A DNA stretch of 64,000 nucleotides from Pseudovirgaria hyperparasitica (Eukaryota), in NCBI GenBank assembly GCA_010093815.1, contig ML996574.1. One strand, written 5' to 3'. The notes beneath the pieces are model-generated. The model was not told where the DNA came from, searched no databases, and saw only the letters and a list, made by a program, of their open reading frames with translations. A program made the position numbers and the translations under genes. Every line of letters begins with the position of its first letter. The stretch's first letter is position 1. This document shows, piece by piece, positions 1 to 12,586 of this stretch.

Positions 1-303
1 CGCCTCCGCCCCTGCCAATCTCACGAGCCCGTCCCTGCCGCCAAACCTATACTTCGACAATCTCCTAAGCGAGGGATATTCTCGTGGTACCAAGCACCGT
101 CATGTTTACGCTTCCAGCTCAAGGTTGGCGGTCCCATGGAACCGCTGATATCGGAGGCAAACATCGTCTGGGCGGAGCTGAGGGCGTCGATGGATAGACA
201 GGACAACGAGCACTTTGGGTTGGAGGATTTATACACTGAGGAGCCAGAAAATGGGCTGGAGTCGGTAGATGTGATCTGCTTTGAGGAGGAAAGGGATAAC
301 TGA
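1..303 (+). CDS. Possible 3' end of a gene entering the window (hypothetical)
   Basis: Frame 1 is open from base 1 to TGA at 301-303 and ends in an acidic tail (FGLEDLYTEEPENGLESVDVICFEEERDN). No recognisable domain. Confidence 0.3.
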   Translation, partial: RLRPCQSHEPVPAAKPILRQSPKRGIFSWYQAPSCLRFQLKVGGPMEPLISEANIVWAELRASMDRQDNEHFGLEDLYTEEPENGLESVDVICFEEERDN

Positions 304-939
304 AATGCCGGCGTGATTTTGAGGTGTTCTTGATGACTGGTACACTGACGCCATAAATGGAAATTTTGTTGAGAGCCTATCATGTAGGGGTAGCGAAGTC
401 AATATACGAATACCAAGGATGAAGACATTTGGTTTTAACGATGGAGAGGAGCTTTGGTTGTGATATCTATGTCTACTACACGAAGCCAGCTAGTAAGAGG
501 ACTGAAGCAAAAGAGATATGTCACACCCACTATTGTTAATCTAAGGATACATCTATACGGTAAATTTGGTAGACAAGAGCAGGAATCAGAGTTTTAGCCG
601 CGTGTGTTGGCTTTGACCTGACTATCCATTCAAACATTTTTGATTCCTAAAGTAAGGTCCTGCTACAACGGGAAAGAAGATCTAGGAGTTTGGCCCTGCT
701 ATTCTAACTTGATGGCTTACCAAGCACCGAAACAACAAAAAGGCCTCACAGACTTTGATGAAGTGTCTTTGCATCAGTTAAAGACAGCTTCGTCAAATCG
801 GCGCCGTTTTCACCACTGGCCCATTTCATCTGACATTCCCTTGCCTAATCTACCTCATCATACCTTACTTCTGCGAGCAGAATCAGCGAACAAACCAAGT
901 CCTCGGTCCTCCATAATCACATAAAAAAGATATTATTTG

Positions 940-1200
940 GGTTATACAACCTAGCCACCGAAATGTCTGTAAACTCTAAACTCAAACCAGTTTTATTACC
1001 TAAACTCTCTCCTAGAGGGGAGAACTTCCCAGAATAGAGATTATCCTAGATAATTATATTCAATTATGTAGAGCTATAGCCCTCATAGGTATGAAGAAGA
1101 GGTGAAAACCCTTTTAGTATAAATATACAAGGATTTCATGTAGACGTCCTCATATGAGATGCAAAGGATAATAAAGCAACAATTATGATATTGCTATATG
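940..1200 (+). mobile_element. Possible decayed Ty1/Copia gag fragment
   Basis: ATG at 963 reads MSVNSKLKPVLLPKLSPRGENFPE*RLS*IIIFNYVEL*P. The TAG stops fall where Trp (TGG) occurs in Copia gag N-termini (ENF/Y..W ... LW), consistent with RIP G>A changes. Preceded by GGTTAT, a weak resemblance to a Copia primer-binding site. Confidence 0.3.
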
Positions 1201-3801
1201 TACTTCAAGACCTTGTCATTACTTTTTCTCCTATCACACAGCCGCTGCTACTTGGTCATACGTCTCTTTACGTTTTGATCGTGATACAAGGTGACTCATC
1301 GATACATCATGAGAATAATCTTTTCCTAATTTCGTGTAATGCTATCAATGACCCGAAGCCGGAGTTGATGCCATCAGTACGTAGATTTCACCCTTTCTAT
1401 TCTCTCAGCGGTACTGCTACAGCAGGGATCGACTTAGGGGCTTGAGGAAAGGTGGAACAGTTCTCGTCCAGAGGAAAGGAGTTTCGCTAAAAGAAATCAT
1501 CATAGAGGTTCGTGAGGTTGTGGACCTATAGAATGTCAACAGTTATAAGAAAAAGACCTTTCCCAACGAAGATCGCGTCGCTAGACTGAGACCAGACTTC
1601 ATTTAGGTTAGAATTCTAGCTGCTGTTCAGGAATGACTGTCAAGGTTTTTGGAAAGTTGTGAAGCGTAGTGTGTGATATCTTGAGATCATGTAGTAGCAC
1701 ACCATCGTGATGGCATACATTCCTACTCTATAATGTGCGAGGCAGCATCCAAGGCATCCGTGGATCCGTGGCTGGTGGTTAGTCATCAATGCGAAGTGAC
1801 TGAATACAAAACCTCAACTCTCTTCCGTCTCTTCTTCTACTCACCTCCATCCCACCAACTTAATCTCATCACCCCATCTATCTTGCTCTATTTCTATCAT
1901 TAATCCATATCATTATCTCTTGTAACAAGTACATTCCCTTCAACACCATTCCTCGTTGTCTAGAGGTCGCTGCAGCCGCGAAAGGTATGTGAAGGATCAC
2001 TGGTCTCACTCTCCCGTGAGATTTTACTCTCCTTTTCTCAACACAAAGCTCCTATCCTAGATCTTTACACTCCATATTTGCAGGAGGCTAGTAGGCGTTC
2101 TACTCTCACCAGAAGCTCGATTCGAGTTTATCTGGAAGAGTTGCCTGGCTGAGCTGAACTGAACCTTACTCAAAGATGAGGCAATACCTTCTTTCCTCAA
2201 CACCAACCTCCTATACTATTGTATCTTGCCCCATACTTGTACCATGCGGCTTTGCTACCACCTTGTACTCTTGGCTGGCTTTCTCTGAGCTCCCTTATAC
2301 GTATTTGTCGTTTCAAAATCAGCTGAGTTCAGACACGAGGGTGAAGCAAGCTCAGTCTACTTCACCAACCTTCCTCTATCCCCTTCTTTCTTCCACCATA
2401 TGTCACGATACTACATGGTCTCTACCGGACCTTTTTTGACAGATCTTGAGATCTACGATTCTCTCACCGTAACGAACATGGAGCTGACTTGATTTTGAAA
2501 GCACAACTAGCTATCCAAGCTTTAACACACCTCGCACCGACCTACCTCACACTCATACATACCTAGTCTCGTAGTAAGTCTTGCCCCTACTGCACCACTA
2601 TCCCTATCATTTGCTCAGCCGCGGATCTCATCCTCGGTGTCTTCTTAAGATCTAACAGACACAAGCCCTTAGTACTTGAAATAAGAGCTCATGCCCGAGC
2701 ATCTAGCAAAGCTTGTTCATGTTTGTGGATCTTGCATGAATGCTCTCCTAAGGTATGTTTTTTCATCTTACATCATTACCGTCAATGGAACTCACCGCAA
2801 TATCGACATGTTGTGTTCGATATACTTTGAAGCCGACGAAAAGCTAGATCCTTTCTAGATCTCAGCCTTGATCATATCCATTGGATATTGCCTTTCCTGC
2901 TTCGTTTCTCTTTTTGTTCTCTTCTTTTTTCAAGCTATGTCTTATTTTGACCGTCACATCCAAGCACTGTCCTCCATGACAATTTCCTCTTTACCAAATG
3001 CTAATCAATCTTAATTCCATTAGTCGACCTGAATGGCAACAATATCGGATATTGACGCGTCGCCTGGTGACTCAAAATGCGTCACCTTATGACACAATAT
3101 GTCAATTTCGACAATCCCCTTTGCCGGGCCTGCGCAAGTCAAGTGGCACGATCAATCGCCACGCAGCGGTCTCCTTGGACCGGAGCGCTGGCCTTATCGC
3201 AACTGCCTTGAAGACTTTGTCTTCAATTGCTAGCGAAGCCAGTATGCCGCCTGCGGTCGCCGCAGTATGAGAAGGAGCTGTGCCTTGGCTCAACCTCTAC
3301 CTTGCAGCGTAGTAGACCATGATGGCCCGGAACAACGGAACTTTACCGCGAACCTCGTTGCGGTGCTCAGATAATTGCAGTGCGCTGCTCGATCCATTCG
3401 AGCTTTGGTGTCAGCGATGTCGACGGCACCATGTAAGTCTCACCCCAGCATGGCTCGGCACTTCTGCGAAGTGCTGGGGACTAGTAGCCAGCAACGGTGA
3501 AGCTAAGTCGAGCCCCGGTGTATGATCGATCAGAGGTCCTGGTATGATTTCCATTCTTTTTAGAGCTTGATTGTACGCTGACTCCAGTGCCACCGTCAGA
3601 CATAGCGTTTTCTGCGTCTCATCGCAATCGCCGACGTCGCCCCCTTTCTGCGAAAACCGTACAACCTCCGAAGTTCGGATCCTACCTACAGTGGGCTTTT
3701 GGCAAGCTCGCCCATGGCATGTTACTAGGTCAAGCAATCAGCATGAGTAGATCAAGGGGTCGCTGAACCTGCTAGAGACAAGTCGAAAAGTCAGACCCGG
3801 C

Positions 3802-5610
3802 ATGTCAAAGATGCTGCCATTCCCGCTTACAAGCAAGCAATTGGTGGGTAAAGAGAGTTCGACCAACAAGCCCAACCTGTATGCTGCGCTTCTCACTTTC
3901 TTCTCTGGGCAAGCTTCCTCAGCCTCACGAAGAAAGCTTCAATTCGATCGTCAAGCACTTGGGACGCTAAAATTTGTCGATGCCATGTTGCTCTCCAAGC
4001 ACGACTCTATCAATCCATAAAATCAGTCATTGGATGACTTCGCCAATTTCATGAACAAGAAGTCCGTGATCAGATTCTGAAGCTCAATCTCAGAGACGCA
4101 TATCGCTACCTTCTCAGGGACATCTTCCATGAGTCAATCTTCTCATACATGCGGTGGTATGGTGGAGAAGTATCTTTTTGAGCTCATCCATCCTTCGAGC
4201 ACCAAACCATTTTGGTTGCATACCACACAACTGTATGATTCGCTTGGCATACCATGTGACAATACCGCCTGGTTCGGATGGTTTCGTGTTGGGTTACCAA
4301 AAGGCAAAGTACACGTACGATAGCTGGATCTTTAGATCAACTGGAATCACGTAAGCAGATCGAAATTCGATACGAACACAAGATCCACAACCTTTCAGCC
4401 GGTCCATTAGCAACATTTTCAGCGTTGGCGACTTGGAAAACATTTCGAATTCTGAAAGTGGTAACCTAGGATCCACGTAGGGGCCAACAAGATTCGCACC
4501 TGATCTTCGACGATGTTCAGGCGTTCTACTGACCACGACCGAACCTTTGGTCGCTCAAATCGACAGTGGTAGCCTGGTGGTGTCCTACACTGAAGACGCT
4601 GTTACCTTCAGGACACTTCCGGGCTGCGCGAGAGGGATGAATGTGGCTCGCGGCTCTTCACATGCTACGCGCAGATTGAGTCAGGCGAACACACCAAGAC
4701 CAAGACCAGCCAGCGCAACTACCACGCCTAGATGGTCAGCACTGGAGCGCCAGTAGGCATTGGTACCCATTTCACCCCCCGGTCGGAAGCCGAATGAAAC
4801 ATACGCATGATGTTCAGCCCACCCATGGGCCGGGCAACAACCGAACCGTATTTTGTCGATTGACCTGTTGCTGCTTAGTGGTCTTCGCCTTCAATCTAGC
4901 TACTGCAAGTCGGTTAGCAGTGCCAGATCCGTACACAAGATGGATTTCTTGATGTATTGCAAGGGCATCAGGGCCAGACACTCCGAGTACCTCCCGGGCA
5001 CTTTCAAGCAAACATCCCCGGAGAACCCCCGTCGCGGTCTCCCAGGCCAGAATTCTAGCTCCTGGGTGAGGCCGGACATGACCAGACATCCAAAATCAGG
5101 TACGGTACTACTTTCAATGGGACTTGCACGATTGAGTTATACAGATCTATGGTCAGATCCTGTATTGAGATGCAAGATTAGGCTCAAGGCATCGCTGCGG
5201 ACTTGAGCTCTCTCTCATGCGATTGCCTAGCAGATTCGCAAAAGTAATGTTTCCTGACTTAGGTCAACCGTCGAATCCTAGCTCGTCCCTTGGTGATCCT
5301 TCAGCAGGCACCTCCTCCGATCAAGGACAGCGCAGTAGAAGCACTGAAGGGTCGCGAGGGACGTGCTCTACCTCTTTTCTGGAAGATGTGGGACTGTCGA
5401 GCACATCTTCGCCCACTACCGACCTATGTGAACCATTCAGTGCGCCCTGGTCGTCCAACTGGTTGGAGTTCGCAGCTATGCCAATTGCGAGCCGTCGACA
5501 GTCCTGTTAATGGCATGACTCGGAACATGTACAATCGCTTGGATGCTCTGCCTGGGCATTTCTCTACCAGTAAGGACACTGATCTAAGCATACGACCTGT
5601 GTTTTATTAA
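3802..5610 (+). pseudogene. Frameshifted relic, probably of the 42-53 kb orphan family
   Basis: Fragments in different frames: KPNLYAALL, EVRDQILKLNLRDAY, VEKYLFELIHP, MDFLMYCKGIRAR. They resemble RPPVYSHLL and MAMIEDLNLNSY (51-53 kb gene), VRRALFETIRRSP (6.4-8.2 kb relic) and MLDFRYTACTGIAAR (42 kb gene). Confidence 0.4.
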
Positions 5611-6479
5611 TCAAGCGGCGAAGCACTACCCTCTGGGAGAAGAGATTCGTTGACCGGCTCCTCAAATCTTGTCCTATCACAAGCGAGTTGACAGTTTCTT
5701 CCCAGATCCGACTTGGATATCCATGCTGGGCGGGCGTTCAACTTGGAACACATACTCAGGGGCCGGGCAGTACGGAGCCAACGAGTTCATATTTTGATCC
5801 GGTCTGCTCTGGGGTATGATCCCGGTTTGAGGGTTTCGACTAGTAATTTGTCAATGGAACTATAGAATAATAGAAAAGACTGGATCCGATTGTGCCGTGT
5901 ATTCCGTGTTCCATAATGCCAAAGTGGCAGTAATAATGAAGTCATTCGCTTGACTAATCAAAATATTCGTAGAAATTCGTATAATCCGAGATCGCGCTCC
6001 ATTATCAATGTAGGACATAGAAAATATGTGCATTATGCATCCCAAATTTGGTGATTTCCAGATTGCGGGCTGTTGACGGAGTGGGCAGATTTTGGACTTC
6101 ATACCTTACACCAGCTTTGTGCGGGCTTCATCTTCTTAATCTATTTCGTTTCCTTCATCGGCAACCACAATCCACCACTCCCAAGTTCAAGCTGTTCATC
6201 ATCTCTCTTTGGCCCATCTTACCCTTTCATCAAACAAAGACATATTCACGTCATGAGACAGACTTTGTGCTACCTCTCAAAGGTGTACTGGCTCTGTCTA
6301 TCCGAAAGTGACGTTTTGAACGCGCTGCCCTTGCATCACGTCGTTTCGATTTCAGGAAAAGCTAAGAGTGAGGAGAAACTACTTTAATAAGTTCCTTCGG
6401 CGTGAACAGGTATAGCGAACGGATGCAAATAAATATCCAGATGTTGAAGAACGTCTGCCTCACTCTAATGAAGCTTTGA

Positions 6480-8150
6480 GGGCCTCTGCCTTGGTATTAC
6501 TCTCTCCAGCATACAGCTTCATGTCGTCAAATCCATGGATCGGATCGCTTGGCAGTTTCGATTGAGTCTGCAGTGCCTCGATCATCTTTTACCTGCATTG
6601 CAGGTCGGATTCGCAACGCGCTACACCAATCATCACGAAACAGAGCTGGAATGCTCGAACCTCTTTACGGAGGCACCATTGAGCAACCACGTGGAATTGA
6701 GAGTGAGTGCATCTGGTTCCGAGTCCTGAAAGCCTCCAGAGTTGCTGGACGCGCCAGTCAGACAATATTTGGAGACTTCCTTAATGTTGTTTCAATGTTG
6801 GCGGATCGCGTCTGACTCATTTTAGGGCTTATTCTCACCGAGCCCTGCATAGAAAATGACATACTAGAAAGCCGGAGAAGATACATTAGAGACTGATTTG
6901 GAGTCGAAGGCTTTTTCTACTTGAGCAGAATCATGAATCGGGCTTTGTTCCGATGACACAACTTGGGGACGATATTTCGGAGAGATCATAGGCCGCCTTC
7001 TCGTCATGCACAATAGTGTCGATGCACCTCCTTTCAGTTTCGATGCAATAGCTTCGCTGGTGTCAAAATATGCGATTCCCCGTCAAAATCGCCTACAAGG
7101 TCGCCAAAGAGTCCGCAAGCCGCATCGAGACTGATAGCACAGCAACTCAACGACGTCAACAGAGTCTGAACATCATACCCGCGTCAGTTGTACGCAGAGA
7201 ACATACAATCAAGCATGGGTGGATGAAATGGAGCCACACAGCTGGCACGATCGCGCTCAATCGGCTGCAAAGGGGCCAGTGGGATATTGGGATACAAGAA
7301 GAGATGGTCGCGCTCAATTGGCTGCGGTATCATCGAAGTGACAATACAAGTGCAAAGAAAAGAACATGCAGAAGACCGACGCGCTCTGACGGCTGCGTGC
7401 GGCTGACGCAATGGGGGAACAGCTCGCGAAGACGAGGATGGTTCGGAAAAAAAAGGAGGAACTAGGAACAAAGCAGACGGAACGCGACTTCGATCAAGCT
7501 TGAGTACCCAGAAGAATGTCTCAAGCTAGAGAGCGCGGAGCAGGTAGCAAAATTTAAGAGCAAGGACCACAAGCAGCTTCCATCCTTCGACGATTTATCA
7601 TTCGTAAGAAATGACGTCGTAAGGAGAGCGCTATTTGAAACGATCAGAAGATCACCTACCTTATTCCCACAGGTGATTGAGTGATTCAGGATGTGTAATT
7701 CTCCGGAAAGTACCGATACAGACCAGAATTGATCCGGCGAAAAGACTACCCAAAGGCTTTCGCACAATTCCCGAAGCACCTTGCCAGCATGCCTCTTGCT
7801 TTCGATCTTGCGATGCAAGGACTTGCGAAGTATGCTCCTCCACTGCAACATATTTGCAGTGGTATCGATAGGTCGAGAGCCAAGCTGCAGATGACCTTTC
7901 TTGCCTCAAGACGGTTGCGTGGTTGAACGATTGGTTGTCTCGGCGAGCGCCTTATTGCCGCTGCTGCTTGGCTTGTCCACATTGAGAGTAAAGAGAGGAT
8001 GCAAGAGATCCAGAGGCTCGATGCAGTGAGACTTCAGAGTGTTCTACGGCTCGTGATGCTGGTGGTGGACGTGGTGATGGTTCTGATGAAGATGAGGCTG
8101 AAGTCGAGCAAGCCCAGTGAAGAGGAAGTCAGGGGGTGGTGTAGCGGCAG
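6480..8150 (+). pseudogene. Frameshifted relic, probably of the 42-53 kb orphan family
   Basis: Fragments VLLSPAYSFMSSNP, FTCIAGRIRNAL, PRGIESEC, VVRRALFETIRRSPTLFPQVIE*, DYPKAFAQF and an acidic tail. They parallel VLVTPLFDLLCRSNA, LIYQIRMAL, CTGLESDL, LELYVRRHPRLFPDVDW and YEPRAFPEF of the 51-53 kb gene. Confidence 0.45.
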
Positions 8151-11100
8151 GCACGGGAGGGAAACTTCGCAGGACTCTGCAGGGGCAGCGCAGCCTCCAT
8201 CATGGCAGAGGACAATACACAGCCACTAGGCAAGAGTCAGCAGCGACGATGACAGCGCACTGCGATATTCAACAAAGAAACATATATCCCCAGTAGCTCA
8301 TCACTGAAGGCTACGAGCACAAGTGGTGAGTGCCAACGTCTACGTGAGTTTCCAGCTCGGTCAATTCCATAGCAAATGTCACTACAATACCATAGAAAAG
8401 GCGTCATTTCTGAAGCTATCAGGTACGCTTGCTTAATGGGGGATCACGTTTCCATCAATAACTTCGGCTGACCTCTAGCCCTGGCGCTACTCTCCTTAAT
8501 CATGCACAATGTTGACTTCCACTATACGCATGTACGCTGCATGCCATTGTGAAGGTGAGTATTTCGGTCTATCTCAGACTCAACCTATTGCGGTAGGGAA
8601 GTTTTCATCGCAGTAGTAGTACATATATCCATAATACTTCAAGAACACCTCAAGGCAAGGCACAACGGCTAAACAAGCGAGCCGTGTGAAATCGAAACTA
8701 TTAACGAAAATTAAAGGTCGGGCAGTGTAAGATGCAGAGCAGGTTAGATCATAGTTTGATAGCTGGAAGTAACAATAGTGCAAGGTCTATGTGAAAATCT
8801 GCGTCTAATGAAAGCTTTGCGAAAGTGGCTCCCGAGGTGAAAAAAAAAACCAAGATTGTGACATATTCAAGGATGAGTTCTCGAAGATTTCGTTAGGGGT
8901 GGTTTCTTCCTGTACATAATCAGTCCTCTAAGTTCGCTGACTAGCCTCCAATGCTATGATCGAATCGAGTCCCCTGGGAATTACATGTGTCGGGCAGTGA
9001 GCTTTACGCCTCACTTAATATGTCATTCACAGTGATTGATAGTCAACTACTTGCAGGTTTATGCAAGATATTGAGCCTCAGGAGTCTCAATATCTGCCAG
9101 CATGTCTTCTTCACAAGTGACTCTTATAATATGTGCCTAGATGCAATATGGAATGCGTGGTACCCTATAATATCAACTAATATATGCTATTCCGAACATC
9201 TTCCAGGTCACTTGTGAAACAATTCAAATCCTCAGCGGCTGATCTATCAAGATCAACCTTACTCCTTACTTTGTGAACAAAGGTCAGATCAACAGCAGCC
9301 ACAGACACGGCATACTTGCTGCAGTCATAGACTGATGTCGTCTCCGACCTCCCAGTGAAAGTGTGAGCTAGACACTTATTAATATTGATTCTAGGAATGT
9401 CAAGACTAGACATGGCGTCACTACGAGCAGCACTACGAACGACAAAGGATGCATGACAACACAGATTTGATCTTAAACTATAAGAGCCGAATTATGCGTC
9501 ACTTCGCTAAGTCCATACAGACCCCTTTCGGGCTTGCCAAACCAAACGTGGGAGCCAACTTGCAGTCAAGATGCTGTGTACATACCGGTACAAGCCATTC
9601 AGCCTCACCTACCGAGCGTGCAGAGTAGCTTGTTGATCTGTCAGAACTTGTTTGTCTTCTTCTCGGTTATAGACGTGCATCGCGCTGTTGGCTTTCAGTG
9701 TCTATGATACTTTCATATGGTCTTGCCCAAACGATCGTATGGTGAAGACTTTGTCTTGCGTATATGTCTTTGTTGTTGTATCTCTGAGTATGAAATGCGC
9801 GCTATTCTCTTCACATCGTCATATCCAGAAGTCTATCAATCATACTCTATCGTCTATTTCTCTTTCTCTTCTTCCGCTCCCTTCTCTATCGAATCCCGCG
9901 CAGTCTATCGAATGCCTAGCAAACGAACACGCCCTTGATTACGCGACTGATCTCAGTTCTGACCCTTATCAGCACATGCCACCCTTCATGACTGTTCGTC
10001 TTTCCATTCTCTGCCTCCCCTATCCATGTCATAAATATGATATGACTAACGCCACTTTTCTTTCTTGAACCACTTGACCACGCTGTCGTCTCGATCTGCT
10101 CTAGAATGAAATTGCTCTTGGTCTTGTCCCATAAACTCCTGAAACCCTAAAACAATCCCCAAGTCTTCTTATGTAGTCCTTGAGTATCCTAAACGCCACC
10201 TTCTCTCCCATTTTGCTCTTTTCTACCATTCATCTTCATATTATATCTGGATCTTTCTATCGCTCCTGGAAAGTCGTGCTTCCAGGATTATTTTGCGAGT
10301 ATGCTGGACACATCGTACTGTCCTTTCTTTATCGTTTGAGCTCCTTCGTCTGCTTAGATGCTGTAAGAGTGAATGCGGCTGTGAATGTAAGACAAGTCAT
10401 GAACATAGTAAGCTGGTGATGGTTTGAATACCTTGTGCACAGGGTAGAAAGTAGAAACTATGGCTCTTTGACGACTCTTTGCGTTATCCTTCGATAAACC
10501 GCTCTTTGAGTGTCTGTGCCATTCAAAGCCCCTTGTGAACGGTGTATCGTGAAACATTTCATCACTGGATCATGTCGCTGATTTTTTGGTTGATGGCCGG
10601 CTGTTGTCCTTCTAGATTCAGTGTACTATGTTCTTTTTACACCCCGTAGAGGTGATTCCAACAGATAACCACCTTTTCAAATTCTTGGCTAACTTCTGTG
10701 TCATTAATAGGGACCAGTTTTGGGCTTGTTATCCCCTCGAAACGTGCACTGTATAGCTTCTTGGTTTTGGGAGTCATTGGACCGAACCTCTGATTGGTAT
10801 GCTGTATCTTTTACTTGATATATCTGCGCAGCTTGAGCGGCACTAGACTCTTTGGTGTATCTGAAACTTGACTGACTTGTGGAACAGTCTCGGCGGAAAC
10901 TAGGGGCTTATCGAGCATCCTGACAGGAATGATGATCATGGGGATTCTTTATACGTTCTGTTAGCTATCGAGATCACTGTGTGCTAATAGGAAGCAAGAT
11001 CTCGCGGGCATTGACTTTTATACCGAGTCTGAGTCGCGCATGAGCGTGTAAGAGATCGTAATTGCGCCTTGAAACTCCGAATGCCGGGTTTGTGTGAGGG

Positions 11101-12148
11101 GTGGGATCGTTCTGCTGAATGTGGTAGGTCTCGTGTTTGAAACCGAACTTTCTCATTTCCCTATGTCTGGTGGCTTATACACAGCCCGTCAGTCAAAAGC
11201 TATGGCTATCGGGTGGAGAGCTGTTCTCTTATTGGTTGCTCACCTCTTTTCGACGTGTACGGAACTCCAAATTCGCATCCAGTCCCGTCTGATAGATATA
11301 TTCGACATACGATGTGCTACCATTCAAGGTGGCTGTGTGTGTTAGATAGCGTCAGTAACGGTATGTTGACCCCTTTGAGAGTACGTTTCTCCTTGTCTCT
11401 GCATTTTCTGACGATTCCACTGTGTCGCTTATTCGCTGGAAGTCTTACTAGGTAGTGGGCATTTGTGATAGAGTGCTAGTAGATGTCAGTACCTCGCTGT
11501 TAGTTAGTTACAAAAACAGATAGTATAGATTAGTTAATCGCGAGAGTGACCGATCGGCATTGTTTCTTCGGAGCTTAATGTAACTGTGTATATTGGTATC
11601 TGATGTTCTCTCTTATGTATTCAGTCTCCCGTTTTCTTTGAAATCATGCATTGTGGGCGTCCATCACTGTTGTGGCGATGGTAGAGAAGGAGCAGGAGAA
11701 GTTGGTGGCTTCGGGGTACCCGTGGAGTCGTACACTCCACGGCCCATGTTGGCGGTGAGCTCTTCTCTCGCTTTCATTATGTGGCCTGATGGGTCCGGCG
11801 GGTGTGGTATCTGTCTGTTCGTAACTATGTAAGCTTGAGGATGTTAATGCACTGAATCCACATACACACTTCGGTACTGACAGAGCGTTGTGCGAGAATG
11901 TCAGCGCGTAGGGGCAAGCAACAATGGCGACTGTGTCTCTTGAAATAACAATGAGCAACTTCAAAGCTCTGTTAGGCTCGATATGGTTCTTACCGTGGTG
12001 ATAACGTACGTGTTGATGAAGTTGCTTGTTGCGAGTGGCGGGTTAGTACAGGAATGCTGGTCAGGGTTGTGTCAGTGGAATGCCATGGCAAGGGCAGGTG
12101 CAAACTTCTAGGTCGTGGTATATTACACCATTATTTCCAACTATCTTC

Positions 12149-12249
12149 GCCTTCGGGCATTTGGTCAATTCGTAACACTACAGAGAAGATTAGCATGGCC
12201 CCTGCACTAAGGATGACACGCTTAATCAAAGAGAGTAACACATTTTTTT
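12149..12249 (+). ncRNA. U6: U6 spliceosomal snRNA, copy 1 (intronless)
   Basis: GCCTTCGGGC 5' stem-loop, TACAGAGAAGATTAGCATGGCCCCTGCACTAAGGATGACACGC core (ACAGAGA box, AGC triad, ISL), oligo-T Pol III terminator, TATATTA about 30 nt upstream. Confidence 0.95.
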
Positions 12250-12261
12250 GGCATTTTTGTT

Positions 12262-12277
12262 GCAAGTTCGACTTTGC
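12262..12277 (+). promoter_or_regulatory. Downstream Pol III B-box for U6 copy 1
   Basis: GCAAGTTCGACTTTGC matches the GTTCRA B-box core about 15 nt after the terminator. An extragenic downstream B-box is known for yeast U6. Confidence 0.65.
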
Positions 12278-12455
12278 GAAGGAGCAGAAGACTTTTTCGT
12301 TCATTAGTTCATGGATTATGATTCTTTTTACACTAGTGGGTGAGTTCCAGTTGTGGGGAAGGAGTGTTTGCCTCAGGTTGGGGGTTTAGGTGTTTGTCTT
12401 CATCAGACTAACGTCTAAACCGCACAATATGTATTCTCTAAATTGGAGCTTCTTC

Positions 12456-12556
12456 GCCTTTGGGCACTTGGTCAATTTGAAACACTACAGAGAAGATTAG
12501 CATGGCCCCTGCACTAAGGATGACACGCTTAATCAAAGAGAGTAACACATTTTTTT
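12456..12556 (+). ncRNA. U6: U6 spliceosomal snRNA, copy 2 (intronless)
   Basis: Near-identical tandem copy 307 bp downstream with the same core and oligo-T terminator. Confidence 0.95.
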
Positions 12557-12569
12557 GGCATTTCTGGCC

Positions 12570-12586
12570 GACAGTTCGACTCTGAC
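12570..12586 (+). promoter_or_regulatory. Downstream Pol III B-box for U6 copy 2
   Basis: GACAGTTCGACTCTGAC at the same position relative to the terminator as in copy 1, although the flanks differ. Confidence 0.65.

Noticed and set aside
10143..10151. AACCCTAAA as a telomerase RNA template
   Set aside because: Incomplete match to a TAACCCTAA-type template and no pseudoknot or CR4/5 elements recognisable.
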